DNA of 58,994 nt, taken from positions 1 through 58,994 of the forward strand of contig CAZREI010000004.1 of assembly GCA_964599285.1 (NCBI GenBank), written 5' to 3'. The position numbers and the translations under genes are program-made. Under the pieces are notes generated by a model that did no database searches, was not told where the DNA came from, and saw nothing but the letters and a program-made list of their open reading frames with translations. Origin of the DNA: an uncultured Candidatus Saccharibacteria bacterium. Lineage in GTDB: Bacteria; Patescibacteriota; Minisyncoccia; Minisyncoccales; Staskawiczbacteraceae. How positions within the stretch are numbered: the stretch's first letter is position 1; every line of letters starts with the position of its first letter. Below, piece by piece: positions 18,450 through 28,295 of this stretch.

Positions 18450-19814
18450 GTCCACCTGTATCTCCGTGGCGTAATCTCCCTGTTCCAGGTTTCTGAAGCT
18501 TACCCTATTATCGTCAAAATATAATTTAACCGCGCCGGTGGGGCCGTTGCGATGCTTTGCCACGATGATTTCGGCAATGTTTTTTTCCAGCGAATTTTCG
18601 TTATACTTGTCTTCGCGGTAGATAAACAAAACGACGTCGGCATCTTGTTCAATGGCTCCTGATTCGCGCAAGTCTGATAGCATTGGTCGGTGCGGCGTTC
18701 GCTGTTCCACGGCGCGGGATAGCTGGGACAAAACTAAAATCGGCACGTTCAGTTCCTTGGCCAGCATTTTCAAAGCGCGCGAATTTTCCGTCACCTGCTG
18801 AATGGGGCTTGCGTACTTGTTGCTATGATCCATCAGTTGCAGGTAGTCAATGACCAAAAGTCCCAGGCCCTTGTCTTGCTGCAGGCGGCGCGACATGGCT
18901 CGGATTTGCAAAATGTTGACCATGCCGATGTCGTTGATATACAGTGGCGCTTCGGACAAACTGCCCATGGCGCTTTGCAATCTTGAAAAATCATTGTCGC
19001 CGGCGCCGTCCTGCAGTTTGCCGGTGCGCAGCCTCCAGGAATCAATATTGGCGTGGCTTGCCAGCAATCTTTCCACCAGCTGATCTTTAGACATTTCCAA
19101 ACTAAATACTCCCACCGGTAAATTTTCCATGACGGCCACATGTTTGGCAATGTCCAGCGCCAACGAGGATTTTCCCATGCTGGGCCGCGCTGCCAAAATA
19201 ACCAAGTCAGACCGCTGCAGACCAGATAACATATTATCCAGTTGTTTAAAACCGGTGGGGATGCCGCGGTATTGGCCGGTGTGCTGGGACAATTGTTCAA
19301 TTCGCTCAAACGTTTCGGGCAGCAACTCCTTAATAGAAATAAAATTTTGGGTCAGCGATTTTTGGCCAATGCTAAATACCTTTTTTTCCGCTTTGTCCAG
19401 CAGGCTGTCCACTTCCTGCGATTCGTCAAAAGCGTCCAGGCCAATTTCTTCAGACGCCTGAATTAAGTCCCGCAGAATCTTTTTTTCGCGCACAATTTTG
19501 GCGTAGTTGGCAACGTGGGTGGCGGTGGGCACCAGGTTAATGAGGGAAGTTAAGTAGGCGCTGCCGCCGATACCGTCCAGCTGGCCTTTTTCGCGAAGCC
19601 GCGTGGACACTGAAATAATGTCAATGGGTTCCATTTTTTGGTACAAGTCCATCATGGTCTGGAACAGTTCCTTGTGGGTGTGCTTGTAAAAATCTTCCGC
19701 GCTGACAAAATCGCTGACCTTGATAATGGCGTTTTTGTCCAGCATCAAACAGCCCAGCAAACTTTGCTCGGCCTCAACGTTCTGAGGTGGTTTTTTAATG
19801 ATGGCTTCGGGCAT
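18447..19814 (-). CDS. dnaB: Replicative DNA helicase
   Basis: PPQNVEAEQSLLG, AARPSMGKS Walker A, IDYLQL, SDLRESGAIEQDAD and KHRNGPTG. Confidence 0.97.
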   Translation of the reverse strand: MPEAIIKKPPQNVEAEQSLLGCLMLDKNAIIKVSDFVSAEDFYKHTHKELFQTMMDLYQKMEPIDIISVSTRLREKGQLDGIGGSAYLTSLINLVPTATHVANYAKIVREKKILRDLIQASEEIGLDAFDESQEVDSLLDKAEKKVFSIGQKSLTQNFISIKELLPETFERIEQLSQHTGQYRGIPTGFKQLDNMLSGLQRSDLVILAARPSMGKSSLALDIAKHVAVMENLPVGVFSLEMSKDQLVERLLASHANIDSWRLRTGKLQDGAGDNDFSRLQSAMGSLSEAPLYINDIGMVNILQIRAMSRRLQQDKGLGLLVIDYLQLMDHSNKYASPIQQVTENSRALKMLAKELNVPILVLSQLSRAVEQRTPHRPMLSDLRESGAIEQDADVVLFIYREDKYNENSLEKNIAEIIVAKHRNGPTGAVKLYFDDNRVSFRNLEQGDYATEIQVD

Positions 19815-20006
19815 GGAGTATTCACGAATATACAAATACGTTCAAATATACAAATATTACAAATATACAAATCGAGTTGTCGTCATTGCGAGGCGCACTG
19901 AAGCAATCTTCACATTTGTATATTCGTAAAATTTGTATATTGTTTTAAATTTGTATATTCGTGATTACTCCTTTGTATACCAAAAACCACCAAAGCCAAC
20001 AAGACA

Positions 20007-20035
20007 TTGACAATGTACCTTATAAATGCTACCAT
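20007..20035 (+). promoter_or_regulatory. Sigma70-type promoter for the vWA gene
   Basis: TTGACA-17 nt-TACCAT. Confidence 0.6.
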
Positions 20036-20111
20036 TAGAGCGTGGTGTAAATCGTAAATTTACATCAAACAGTTACTTAAGAAACCATCACTCTCTCGGG
20101 AGGTACAGATC

Positions 20112-20828
20112 ATGCATCTGCAAGACGTCAGTCAGTGGGTTGGTAACCAGCTTATTGCTCAACGAGGGCAGATTCAGACAAAGGAAGTTACCCTTGTCCT
20201 GCTCCTCGTGGACGACTCTGGGTCTATCGAAGCGTCAGGCAATACCCAAGCCGTCATAGACGGCTACAACGGCTTCGTAGAGGCCTTAAGAAGTTCGCCG
20301 AGCGAAGTGCGCGTTAAGACAATGTTTTTGAATAACAAGGTCGATACGCCCTTCCAGGATTCCAACGAAGTGCAACAACTGACCGGACAAACCTATCGTC
20401 CACACGGACAGACGCCACTATTTCTACGCAGTATGCAGGCACTTGACCACGTTATTAACGAGGCCAAGGATCTGACAGGGCAGGGGTTGACGGTCCGCAC
20501 AATAACTTTCATCTTCACCGATGGTGGTGACAATGAATCCGGACTGATCACAGCTGCCACGGTAAAGGTGATCGTTGATGTGATGCTGACGACGGGCACG
20601 CACATCGTCGGAGGCTGTGCCGTCAACGATGGTCGTACCAACTTCTGGCAAGTATTTGCTTCCATGGGTATTCCCGAGCAGTGGGTAAGGGTTCTGGCGA
20701 ACGATGCCGGCGAAATCCACGAAGGTGTCGCCAGCATGGGAAAGGTTGCTGCCACAGCGAGTACTTGCCATAAAGTCTTTAAGGAGACAAGTTCCACAGG
20801 TTTTTCTATTGTGGATGACGGCAAGTAG
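20112..20828 (+). CDS. vWA (MIDAS) domain protein
   Basis: LLVDDSGS (DxSxS), TPL and FIFTDGGDNES; GGAGG SD. Confidence 0.85.
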   Translation: MHLQDVSQWVGNQLIAQRGQIQTKEVTLVLLLVDDSGSIEASGNTQAVIDGYNGFVEALRSSPSEVRVKTMFLNNKVDTPFQDSNEVQQLTGQTYRPHGQTPLFLRSMQALDHVINEAKDLTGQGLTVRTITFIFTDGGDNESGLITAATVKVIVDVMLTTGTHIVGGCAVNDGRTNFWQVFASMGIPEQWVRVLANDAGEIHEGVASMGKVAATASTCHKVFKETSSTGFSIVDDGK

Positions 20829-20983
20829 TAGTCCTTTGCGTTAACTGTGCTCTTTCTTTTTAACAAGGCCCTTAGTAACTTAAATGTGAACGGGGCCATC
20901 TATCTTAGGCTCAAATGGATTTTATATTTGAGGTTAAGATAGGTGTTAAGGGTTTCTGTTCTTTGTCAACAAGGAGACTTCGC

Positions 20984-21481
20984 ATGTCGTTGCCATCGTT
21001 TCAAAAAGCCATGACTGTTTTGGTTGACCCCTGGAAGACAATCGTAAAAATCGTAAGTGACCGTTTCCACGAAGATTATTTCTCAAACTTCGTAATTCTC
21101 GGCAAGTACGACGGAATTGAAAAAGTGAAAATAAATGCGTGGGCTATTGTGGGCTTAGCTCCGGGACAGTCAGGTTTTTTGGAGTGTCACGTCACTGCGG
21201 GCAAAGCTTCCAATAAAGCTTTTTGGATTTCCGAATTAAGAGACACGCTTAAAGTTCTCTCGAGCTCGGAGAATCCTGCGTTGGAAGAAATACAACTGCT
21301 TGGCGGCACGCTTCATGCTCGACTTGGAATTGATAAACATCATGTCGTTGGGATGGTTTCCCTGCATCAAACCACGGAAACCAAACAGAGCTTCGCAGTT
21401 TTATGGACGCATCCGGAAATTGAGCGTCCTCTCGTTGAGAAAATCATGAAGTACGTCCTTAACGATAGACTACAAACCTAA
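20984..21481 (+). CDS. Hypothetical protein
   Basis: AAGGAG SD before ATG at 20984; bidirectional terminator near 21525-21568. Confidence 0.6.
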   Translation: MSLPSFQKAMTVLVDPWKTIVKIVSDRFHEDYFSNFVILGKYDGIEKVKINAWAIVGLAPGQSGFLECHVTAGKASNKAFWISELRDTLKVLSSSENPALEEIQLLGGTLHARLGIDKHHVVGMVSLHQTTETKQSFAVLWTHPEIERPLVEKIMKYVLNDRLQT

Positions 21482-21617
21482 AACAGTGCAAATGAAGAAA
21501 GTCTTGTCGGAAATCTTTTCAACTAAAAACCCCCTGAACAGAAATGTAACAAGGGGTTCTTTTTTTATTCTAAATTCAGTTATTCAATTCCAGCTTCAAG
21601 ATACAAGATTCCAGATT

Positions 21618-23114
21618 CTAGTTTTTCTTCAACACTGTTCCGTCTTTGGTGTCGTCCACTGTGTATCCGTATTTTGCTATTTCTTTTCTTGCTTCATCGG
21701 CTTTTTGCCATTCTTTTTCTTTTCTATAATTTTCTCTTGCTTTTACCAGTTCCGTTACTTCTTTTGGCACGTTAGACGTTTTTAGTTTTTTAAAATCAAT
21801 GATATCAAAAATTTCATTTATTTCTTCAAAAAATTCGTAAATCTCTTTGGCGGTTTTTTTATCTAAAGCGCTTTCGCCCATCAGTTTGTTGACGTTTTTG
21901 ATAAGTTCAAAAAGCACAGCGAAGGCTTTGGGTGTGTTGAAGTCGTCAGCCAAGTTTTTGTAAAAATTCTCTTTTCCACCTTTGAGTAAGTTTTGAATTT
22001 TAGATTTTGGTAATTTAGATTTATTTGTGGTTTGCCCGCCTCGCCTTGACAGCGAGTCGAGGCTGGGTAATTTGTAATTTGTAATTTTTCGTAAAAATTC
22101 TTCGATTTTTTCCAGAGCCATTTTTACTTCTATCATCACTGATTCGGAGTAATCAACCGGTGAGTGCCACAAATTTTTAGCTATCCAAAATCGCAAATGT
22201 TGGACAGGGTAGCGCTGTAAAAAGTTATCAATGCTGGTGCCGTTGCCCAAAGACTTTGACATTTTTTGGCTGTCAACCGTTAAAAATCCGGTGTGCATCC
22301 AGTATTTTGCCATCGGTTTTTTGTCGGACAAAGATTCCATCTGGGTGATTTCGGCTTCGTGGTGCGGAAATATCAAATCTCGTGCGCCGCCGTGAATGTC
22401 GTATTGGGCCCCAAAAAATGTTTCAGTAATGGCCGTGTCTTCAATGTGCCAACCCGGCCGTCCTGCTCCAAATGGTGCCGGCCACTGCGGCTCGCCTTCA
22501 ATAGTTCCGATTTTATCGAGAATCCTCGGCGCAGTCGGGACAAATTTCCACAAGCAAAAGTCGCCCCGATTTTTTTTGTTCTTGCTGTAATCAATGCGCG
22601 ATACGGAGTCTTCGGCCTGCAGGGCGGTTCTGTGCGATAGCTTGCCATAATGTTTAACCTTGGAAATATCAAAATAAATGCCGTCGTCCAGGGTGTAGGC
22701 AAATCCCTTTTTTTGCAATCTTTCCACTTGGCTGATAATTTCTTTAATGTAGTCGGTGGCTTTGGCGTATTTGTTGACGGTGGTGATATGAAGATTTTTC
22801 ATATCTTTTAAGTGTTCTTGAAAAAATGCTTCGGCCAAGTGCTCAGCCGACACTCCTTTTTCCCGCGCCCGCTGGATTATTTTATCATCTACATCGGTGA
22901 TATTTTGCAGGTAAAAAACGGTAAAGCCCGCGTGCTGTAAATATTTTACAAAGCAGTCAAAAATAATATAGGTTCTGGCGTGTCCAATGTGAGAAAAGTC
23001 GTACACGGTTGGGCCGCACACAAAAAGATTTACTTTTTTGTTTTTCAGGGGTTTAAGCAAATCTTTTTTGCCCGTGAGCGTGTTGTAAATTTTAATGGGT
23101 GATTTGGTTTTCAT
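21618..23114 (-). CDS. cysS: Cysteine--tRNA ligase
   Basis: CGPTVYDFSHIGH, GRPGWHIE, DIHGGARDLIFPHHEAE and KMSKS. Confidence 0.97.
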   Translation of the reverse strand: MKTKSPIKIYNTLTGKKDLLKPLKNKKVNLFVCGPTVYDFSHIGHARTYIIFDCFVKYLQHAGFTVFYLQNITDVDDKIIQRAREKGVSAEHLAEAFFQEHLKDMKNLHITTVNKYAKATDYIKEIISQVERLQKKGFAYTLDDGIYFDISKVKHYGKLSHRTALQAEDSVSRIDYSKNKKNRGDFCLWKFVPTAPRILDKIGTIEGEPQWPAPFGAGRPGWHIEDTAITETFFGAQYDIHGGARDLIFPHHEAEITQMESLSDKKPMAKYWMHTGFLTVDSQKMSKSLGNGTSIDNFLQRYPVQHLRFWIAKNLWHSPVDYSESVMIEVKMALEKIEEFLRKITNYKLPSLDSLSRRGGQTTNKSKLPKSKIQNLLKGGKENFYKNLADDFNTPKAFAVLFELIKNVNKLMGESALDKKTAKEIYEFFEEINEIFDIIDFKKLKTSNVPKEVTELVKARENYRKEKEWQKADEARKEIAKYGYTVDDTKDGTVLKKN

Positions 23115-23731
23115 GTGATCGGGTGGTCCTTAATATACAAGATTTTGAAAAAAATACTGGCGATGATAAGGTAAACCGAAAGCCACAGGATATAAATAAA
23201 AAAGATATGCGGCTGGCTGGGCCAAAATATCAGGATGGCCAAAAATACCACCGATTGCAAAACCATTTTCACTTTGCCGAAAATATCGGCTTTGATGAAG
23301 ATGTTTTTTCCATGCCCCCATGCTGAAATTAATCCGTTGATAATTTCCAGTAAAATAATCGTTAAAAACAGCCATCGATGCGAATCAAATAGGCTGTAAA
23401 TGGCAATGGGAATGATTAACATGCGGTCGGAAATGGGGTCGAGCATGGCACCAACATTGGTTTCCTGGCCAAACGCTCGGGCGATGGAGCCGTCTAAAAG
23501 ATCGGTCAAGGCACCCACTAAAAATAGCCAAACAACTAAGGCTTTGCTAGTTGTGTGGAAGTAAAAGAGCAAGACAAAGAGCCCGATAGCGATGATGATG
23601 CGCAGGATGGTCAGGTGGTTGGGGGTAATGCGCCGTGGCCAGAAAGGTTTTAAAATAGCAAAAAGGGCTTTGTCGCGCCAGCTATCTAATTTTTCAAAAA
23701 AGAGCTGAAGGTCGTAAAGAAAGTTTTTCAT
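23111..23731 (-). CDS. CDP-alcohol phosphatidyltransferase (PgsA-like)
   Basis: TPNHLTILR and TDLLDGSIARAFGQETNVGAMLDPISDR signature. Confidence 0.9.
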   Translation of the reverse strand: MKNFLYDLQLFFEKLDSWRDKALFAILKPFWPRRITPNHLTILRIIIAIGLFVLLFYFHTTSKALVVWLFLVGALTDLLDGSIARAFGQETNVGAMLDPISDRMLIIPIAIYSLFDSHRWLFLTIILLEIINGLISAWGHGKNIFIKADIFGKVKMVLQSVVFLAILIFWPSQPHIFFIYILWLSVYLIIASIFFKILYIKDHPIT

Positions 23732-24039
23732 GAAAATATCATCGAATAACGAATTACTTGCGAATTTACGAATCACCACGTATTGATTATCAGAATGCTT
23801 TTATCATAACAAATTTTTAGTTAAATTCCAAATTTAAGGATTTTGCACAATGAAAATAATTGTGATAACGTTAAAAGGAGTAATCACGAATATACAAATT
23901 TAGAACAATATACAAATTTTACCAATATACAAATCCCGTTACCGTCATTGCGAGCCGCAGCGTGGCAATCCAGCACATTCGTATATTTGTAACATTTGTA
24001 TATTTGGGAATATTCGTATATTTGTGATTACTCCAAATT

Positions 24040-24636
24040 ATGAAGATTGTTGACGTTATTTTTGCGCTGGTGTGCGGGCGGCTGATCGGTTTTGTGGTGG
24101 GCGATTTTTTAAAAAGTTTTGGAATTCCCATCGGGTTGTATGAAAATATCGCGCTTTGGATTGTTCTGCCGCTGTTTGCTTTATTTTGCTTGTGGTTGGC
24201 TGCGATCATGGGCCGAAAATGGCCATTTATTTACCAGGTTGCCAAATTTTTACTGATTGGCGGCGCGGCCACGGTGATTGATTTGAAAATTTTTGAGCTG
24301 CTGGTATGGGGGATTGCCTTTTTTGTTGTAGTGGGGCCCTGGCTTGGCAAGGCAATTTCTTTTTTGATCGCCATGGCTATAAAATACTGGGGTAACAAAT
24401 ATTGGACGTTCCAAAAACCGGAGAAAGAAGGAATGCACATAGAAATTGCTAAGCTGGTCATCATGGACGTGCTGTCGCTGGCAATTAATTTGATAGCTTT
24501 TTATATTTTTACCGCGCTGGTTGGGCCGCGGTTGGGATTGTCGCCGGTGCTCTGGGTTAAACTGAGCGTCATTTTGGCGGCACTGGCATCGGCGGTCAGC
24601 AATTTTTTAGGGTACAAGTTTTTTGTATTTACTTAA
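24040..24636 (+). CDS. GtrA-family membrane protein
   Basis: QVAKFLLIGGAATVID, YWGNKYWTF and NFLGYKFFVF. Confidence 0.82.
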   Translation: MKIVDVIFALVCGRLIGFVVGDFLKSFGIPIGLYENIALWIVLPLFALFCLWLAAIMGRKWPFIYQVAKFLLIGGAATVIDLKIFELLVWGIAFFVVVGPWLGKAISFLIAMAIKYWGNKYWTFQKPEKEGMHIEIAKLVIMDVLSLAINLIAFYIFTALVGPRLGLSPVLWVKLSVILAALASAVSNFLGYKFFVFT

Positions 24637-24770
24637 AATAGTTATGAGTTGATAGTTTAAAGTTTAAGTTTAAAAAAGTTTTCAGTTTAAAACTAAAAAC
24701 TAAAGAACTTAAACTAACAGGCCGCGCCGCCTTTTGGCGGCGCGGCCGGAACCTAAAACCAAAAACTACT

Positions 24771-25874
24771 ATGGATAATATCGTCCTCTATCGCAAATAC
24801 CGGCCCACGGATTTTGACCAAGTGATTGGCCAGGAGCATATCGTTCAAACCTTGACCAACTCAATTAGCGCGGGGAATATTTCCCATGCGTATTTATTTT
24901 CCGGGCCGCGGGGGTCGGGCAAAACCACCATCGCGCGCCTCTTTGCCAAGGCGGTAAATTGCCAAGCCAAAAGCGGCAAGAAACCCTGCAATACGTGCGC
25001 CTCGTGCTTGCAAATTACCAATGGCCAGTCTATGGATTTATTGGAAATTGACGCGGCCAGCCACACCGGTGTTGATGATGTGCGCGAATTGATAGACGGA
25101 ATTAAGTTCGCGCCAGTGTCTTCAAAATACAAAATTTTTATTATTGACGAATGCCATCAGTTATCAAAATCGGCGTCCAACGCGTTATTAAAAACATTGG
25201 AAGAGCCGCCGGCCCACGCCATTTTTTTGCTGGCAACTACCGAAGCGCACAAGATGCTACCCACCATTATTTCCCGTTGCCAACGGTTTGATTTCAAGCG
25301 TTTGCACGTTCCGGAGATCACCAAAAAATTGGAGTTTATTTTAAAAAAAGAGGGGATTAAGTGCGAGCCGGCGGTTCTGCCGTTAATTGCTTTGAATGCT
25401 CGTGGATCGTTTCGCGACGCCGAATCGCTTTTGGACAAATGCATCAGCTTTACCGGCCAAGACAAACTGATTACTTTGCAAGAGGTAAAGGAGTTGCTGG
25501 GGATTGTGGAAGTGGGGCAGATATCACGATTTTTGGATTTGGTGCTGGCAAAGCAAACCAAAGAATCGTTATTATTTTTAAATACGCTGACCGACGAGGG
25601 GATTGATCTACAAGAATTTGCCAAAACGTTGGTATTTTATGTGAGGCAATTATTGCTTTTAAAAATAAATCCAGAATTTTTAAATCCCCAAACGTCGGGA
25701 TTGTCTAAAGAAGAAATCGCCAAAATGCAAGAGCAAATAGTAGGCCTTACAGAAAAAGAAATTCAAAAAATGCTAGAGCTGTTCATTGAAGCGGAAAATC
25801 AAATGAAACACGCCATCATTTTGCAATTACCGCTGGAACTTGCCATCGTGGATCTAACCCAAAAAGAATCGTAA
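24771..25874 (+). CDS. dnaX: DNA polymerase III gamma/tau
   Basis: LYRKYRP, GPRGSGKTT, zinc Cys cluster, EIDAAS, IIDECH, NALLKTLEEPP and SRCQ. Confidence 0.95.
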   Translation: MDNIVLYRKYRPTDFDQVIGQEHIVQTLTNSISAGNISHAYLFSGPRGSGKTTIARLFAKAVNCQAKSGKKPCNTCASCLQITNGQSMDLLEIDAASHTGVDDVRELIDGIKFAPVSSKYKIFIIDECHQLSKSASNALLKTLEEPPAHAIFLLATTEAHKMLPTIISRCQRFDFKRLHVPEITKKLEFILKKEGIKCEPAVLPLIALNARGSFRDAESLLDKCISFTGQDKLITLQEVKELLGIVEVGQISRFLDLVLAKQTKESLLFLNTLTDEGIDLQEFAKTLVFYVRQLLLLKINPEFLNPQTSGLSKEEIAKMQEQIVGLTEKEIQKMLELFIEAENQMKHAIILQLPLELAIVDLTQKES

Positions 25875-25934
25875 TTGCTTGTAGTATTTGAACTAAGATC
25901 GTATAATCAAATTATACCAAAGCTTGGTTCGAAT

Positions 25935-26621
25935 ATGAAATCAAAAACTCAAGCGAGAGAAAAAGCCATTGCTTTGCGGAAAAGTGGTTTATCATACCGT
26001 GAAATTTTGGAACAAATTCCGGTTGCCAAATCATCCTTGTCTTTATGGCTGAAAAGTGTTAAATTAGCGGAAAGCCAGAAACAGCGGTTGACGGATAAAA
26101 AGTTAGCCTCGGCGCGAAGAGGAGCGCGGAAAATGAAAGATATCAGAATAGCTCTTACAAAAGAAATAAAAGATAAAGCAAGAAAAGAAGTAGGGAAATT
26201 AACTGAAAGAGAATTGTGGCTTATTGGAGTGGCTCTTTATTGGGCAGAAGGGAGTAAGGAAAAAGAACATAGTCCCGGTTCCCATGTGGCATTTTCAAAC
26301 TCAGACCCATATATGATAAAATTCTTTTTAGAATGGCTTGTGAAAGTGGTTAAAGTACCTGAAGAGAAAATTTATTTTGCGATTTATATCCATGAAAGCC
26401 ATAAGAATAGATTAGAAGAAGTTAAAAATTATTGGATACAACATACTCAATTTAGCAAAGAAAGCATGAAATATATCTATTTTAAGAAGAATAAATTAAA
26501 TACCAAAAGAAGGAATGTTGGCGCTATTTATTTTGGATTATTAAGAGTGATGGTGATTGAAAGCTCTACTTTAAACAGAAAAATACAAGGTTGGACGGAA
26601 GGTATTTGTGGCAACTTATAA
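25935..26621 (+). CDS. HTH plus LAGLIDADG-like endonuclease-fold protein
   Basis: N-terminal HTH (GLSYREIL...VAKSSLSLWL) and LYWAEGSK...FSNSDP motif; stop codon lies 4 bp before tRNA-Gln. Confidence 0.6.
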   Translation: MKSKTQAREKAIALRKSGLSYREILEQIPVAKSSLSLWLKSVKLAESQKQRLTDKKLASARRGARKMKDIRIALTKEIKDKARKEVGKLTERELWLIGVALYWAEGSKEKEHSPGSHVAFSNSDPYMIKFFLEWLVKVVKVPEEKIYFAIYIHESHKNRLEEVKNYWIQHTQFSKESMKYIYFKKNKLNTKRRNVGAIYFGLLRVMVIESSTLNRKIQGWTEGICGNL

Positions 26622-26625
26622 ACAT

Positions 26626-26697
26626 TGCGGGGTCGTCTAACGGTCGGACGTCGGTCTTTGGAACCGCACAATCTAGGTTCGAATCCTAGCCCCGCAG
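26626..26697 (+). tRNA. tRNA-Gln(TTG)
   Basis: Acceptor TGCGGGG/CCCCGCA, anticodon loop CT-TTG-GA, T arm CTAGG-TTCGAAT-CCTAG; CCA not encoded. Confidence 0.92.
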
Positions 26698-26918
26698 CAG
26701 CCCTATGCTAAGTCAAGTGACTAGGTCCCCTCGACTATTTTGGTGAAAAAGTTCGATAAAAAATTCCCTCACGGGAATGAGATTCGAACGTAAAACCATA
26801 GTAGTGAGGCGACCAAGAAGCATAGAGAACTATTCCTTAGTTGGCAAACCGGTTGAGTTACCGTATCCAGAACAAAAATTCGCCCAAAAGGCGAATTTTT
26901 GTTAGCATTATAAAACAT

Positions 26919-28259
26919 ATGTGGCATTTAATTTATAACAAATTCAAAGTACTAATTAGTCCGCAGTATTTTGCCAGCCGCGATATTACTACTATCAACG
27001 CACAAGTTGGCTTAGTAGATATGCTTCAGGATTATCTAAAGAAAACGGATCCGGTTTTATGTAGCGTTGAATTTTACTACCCTAAATACATCGAAGAGCA
27101 GTTAGGAATCAGAAGAGTGTTCAATGGTTTTGGTAACGAGGTTATTTTTACTAGTAAATCCAAGGAGGGTGTCGCTTTTTTTGATGATAAATTTATACCA
27201 AACTTAGACGAGAGAAATATGCATAACGATATACTTTCAATTACTATTGAAAACAAAATTCCCTTTATTTTATCAGGCCTGGAAATATCAAGAAAAGAAG
27301 AAATGGAATTACTTAAAAGATATAATATTACAATTCTGAAGCTGGATGCTCTAAAAGAAAAGATAAAAGCATTCTTGCAGGGGTTTTTCAACTATTATAA
27401 GTTTGATCTTTTGCAGGGAGTGGATAGTCCTGATATGGCTCATGCGATGTCTGACCCCCTGCATAAAAAACTATATATTTTAGAGGATAAGATTAAGGTT
27501 TCTGACTTAAGTGTAGCCGTAAAAGAGCGAATTCGATCCTTTGTTCATAACCGGTATGTAGATATCTTAGTAACAATTGATAAGATCAACTTTTACAAAA
27601 TACAACAACAGATCTTAGATATAGAAAGAAATATTTTAGATAATAAGGAACCTCAATTCCATGGAGCAATAAGGTATTACCTGAATTATTATCTTCTTCT
27701 GATATGGGGATATGTCGACCACATGTGTCTGATTATTAATGACATATTTGTATTTGGATATGATGACGAGAAATTTAATGACAGAAAAAAGATTGGATTC
27801 CAAAATTCCGAAAATAAGCAGGAATTTCTTGAAAAAATTAAAGGACTAAATGAGAATCTATATTCTTTTATCATTTCAAAAGAATTCCAAGAATGGTTGA
27901 ATGTCTTGGGTCAACTGAGACATAAAAACGCTCACAAAGAAATGATTTCACCTTCACCCTTGTTGCAGCCGACACCGGCCTCAGAAATTAGCGACCAGGA
28001 AATTGATGCGATTATTTATAAAGATAGACCTCCTTTAGAAGAGGAGGTGCTAAAAAGTTTTCCTTCGTTATTGGAGATCCAAAAAGCACAAGATCGGTAT
28101 CACTATAAAATTTCTAAAATGGATAAAATATTCGACCATGTTGCCATAATAAAGGGTGGTTTCCTTGATCCCATTGCTAGAATAAACATTGACATGAAAA
28201 ATATCAAAAAGTTAACTGAGTTATTCTTAGAAGCTGCAAATAATAAATTTAAGCAATAA
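26919..28259 (+). CDS. Hypothetical protein with C-terminal HEPN-like RxxxxH motif
   Basis: LRHKNAH (R-x4-H) in a helical domain; the N-terminal part is loosely PIN-like. Confidence 0.6.
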   Translation: MWHLIYNKFKVLISPQYFASRDITTINAQVGLVDMLQDYLKKTDPVLCSVEFYYPKYIEEQLGIRRVFNGFGNEVIFTSKSKEGVAFFDDKFIPNLDERNMHNDILSITIENKIPFILSGLEISRKEEMELLKRYNITILKLDALKEKIKAFLQGFFNYYKFDLLQGVDSPDMAHAMSDPLHKKLYILEDKIKVSDLSVAVKERIRSFVHNRYVDILVTIDKINFYKIQQQILDIERNILDNKEPQFHGAIRYYLNYYLLLIWGYVDHMCLIINDIFVFGYDDEKFNDRKKIGFQNSENKQEFLEKIKGLNENLYSFIISKEFQEWLNVLGQLRHKNAHKEMISPSPLLQPTPASEISDQEIDAIIYKDRPPLEEEVLKSFPSLLEIQKAQDRYHYKISKMDKIFDHVAIIKGGFLDPIARINIDMKNIKKLTELFLEAANNKFKQ

Positions 28260-28295
28260 AGCTAAAAAGACTACCGTAGTCTTTTTAGCTTTATG

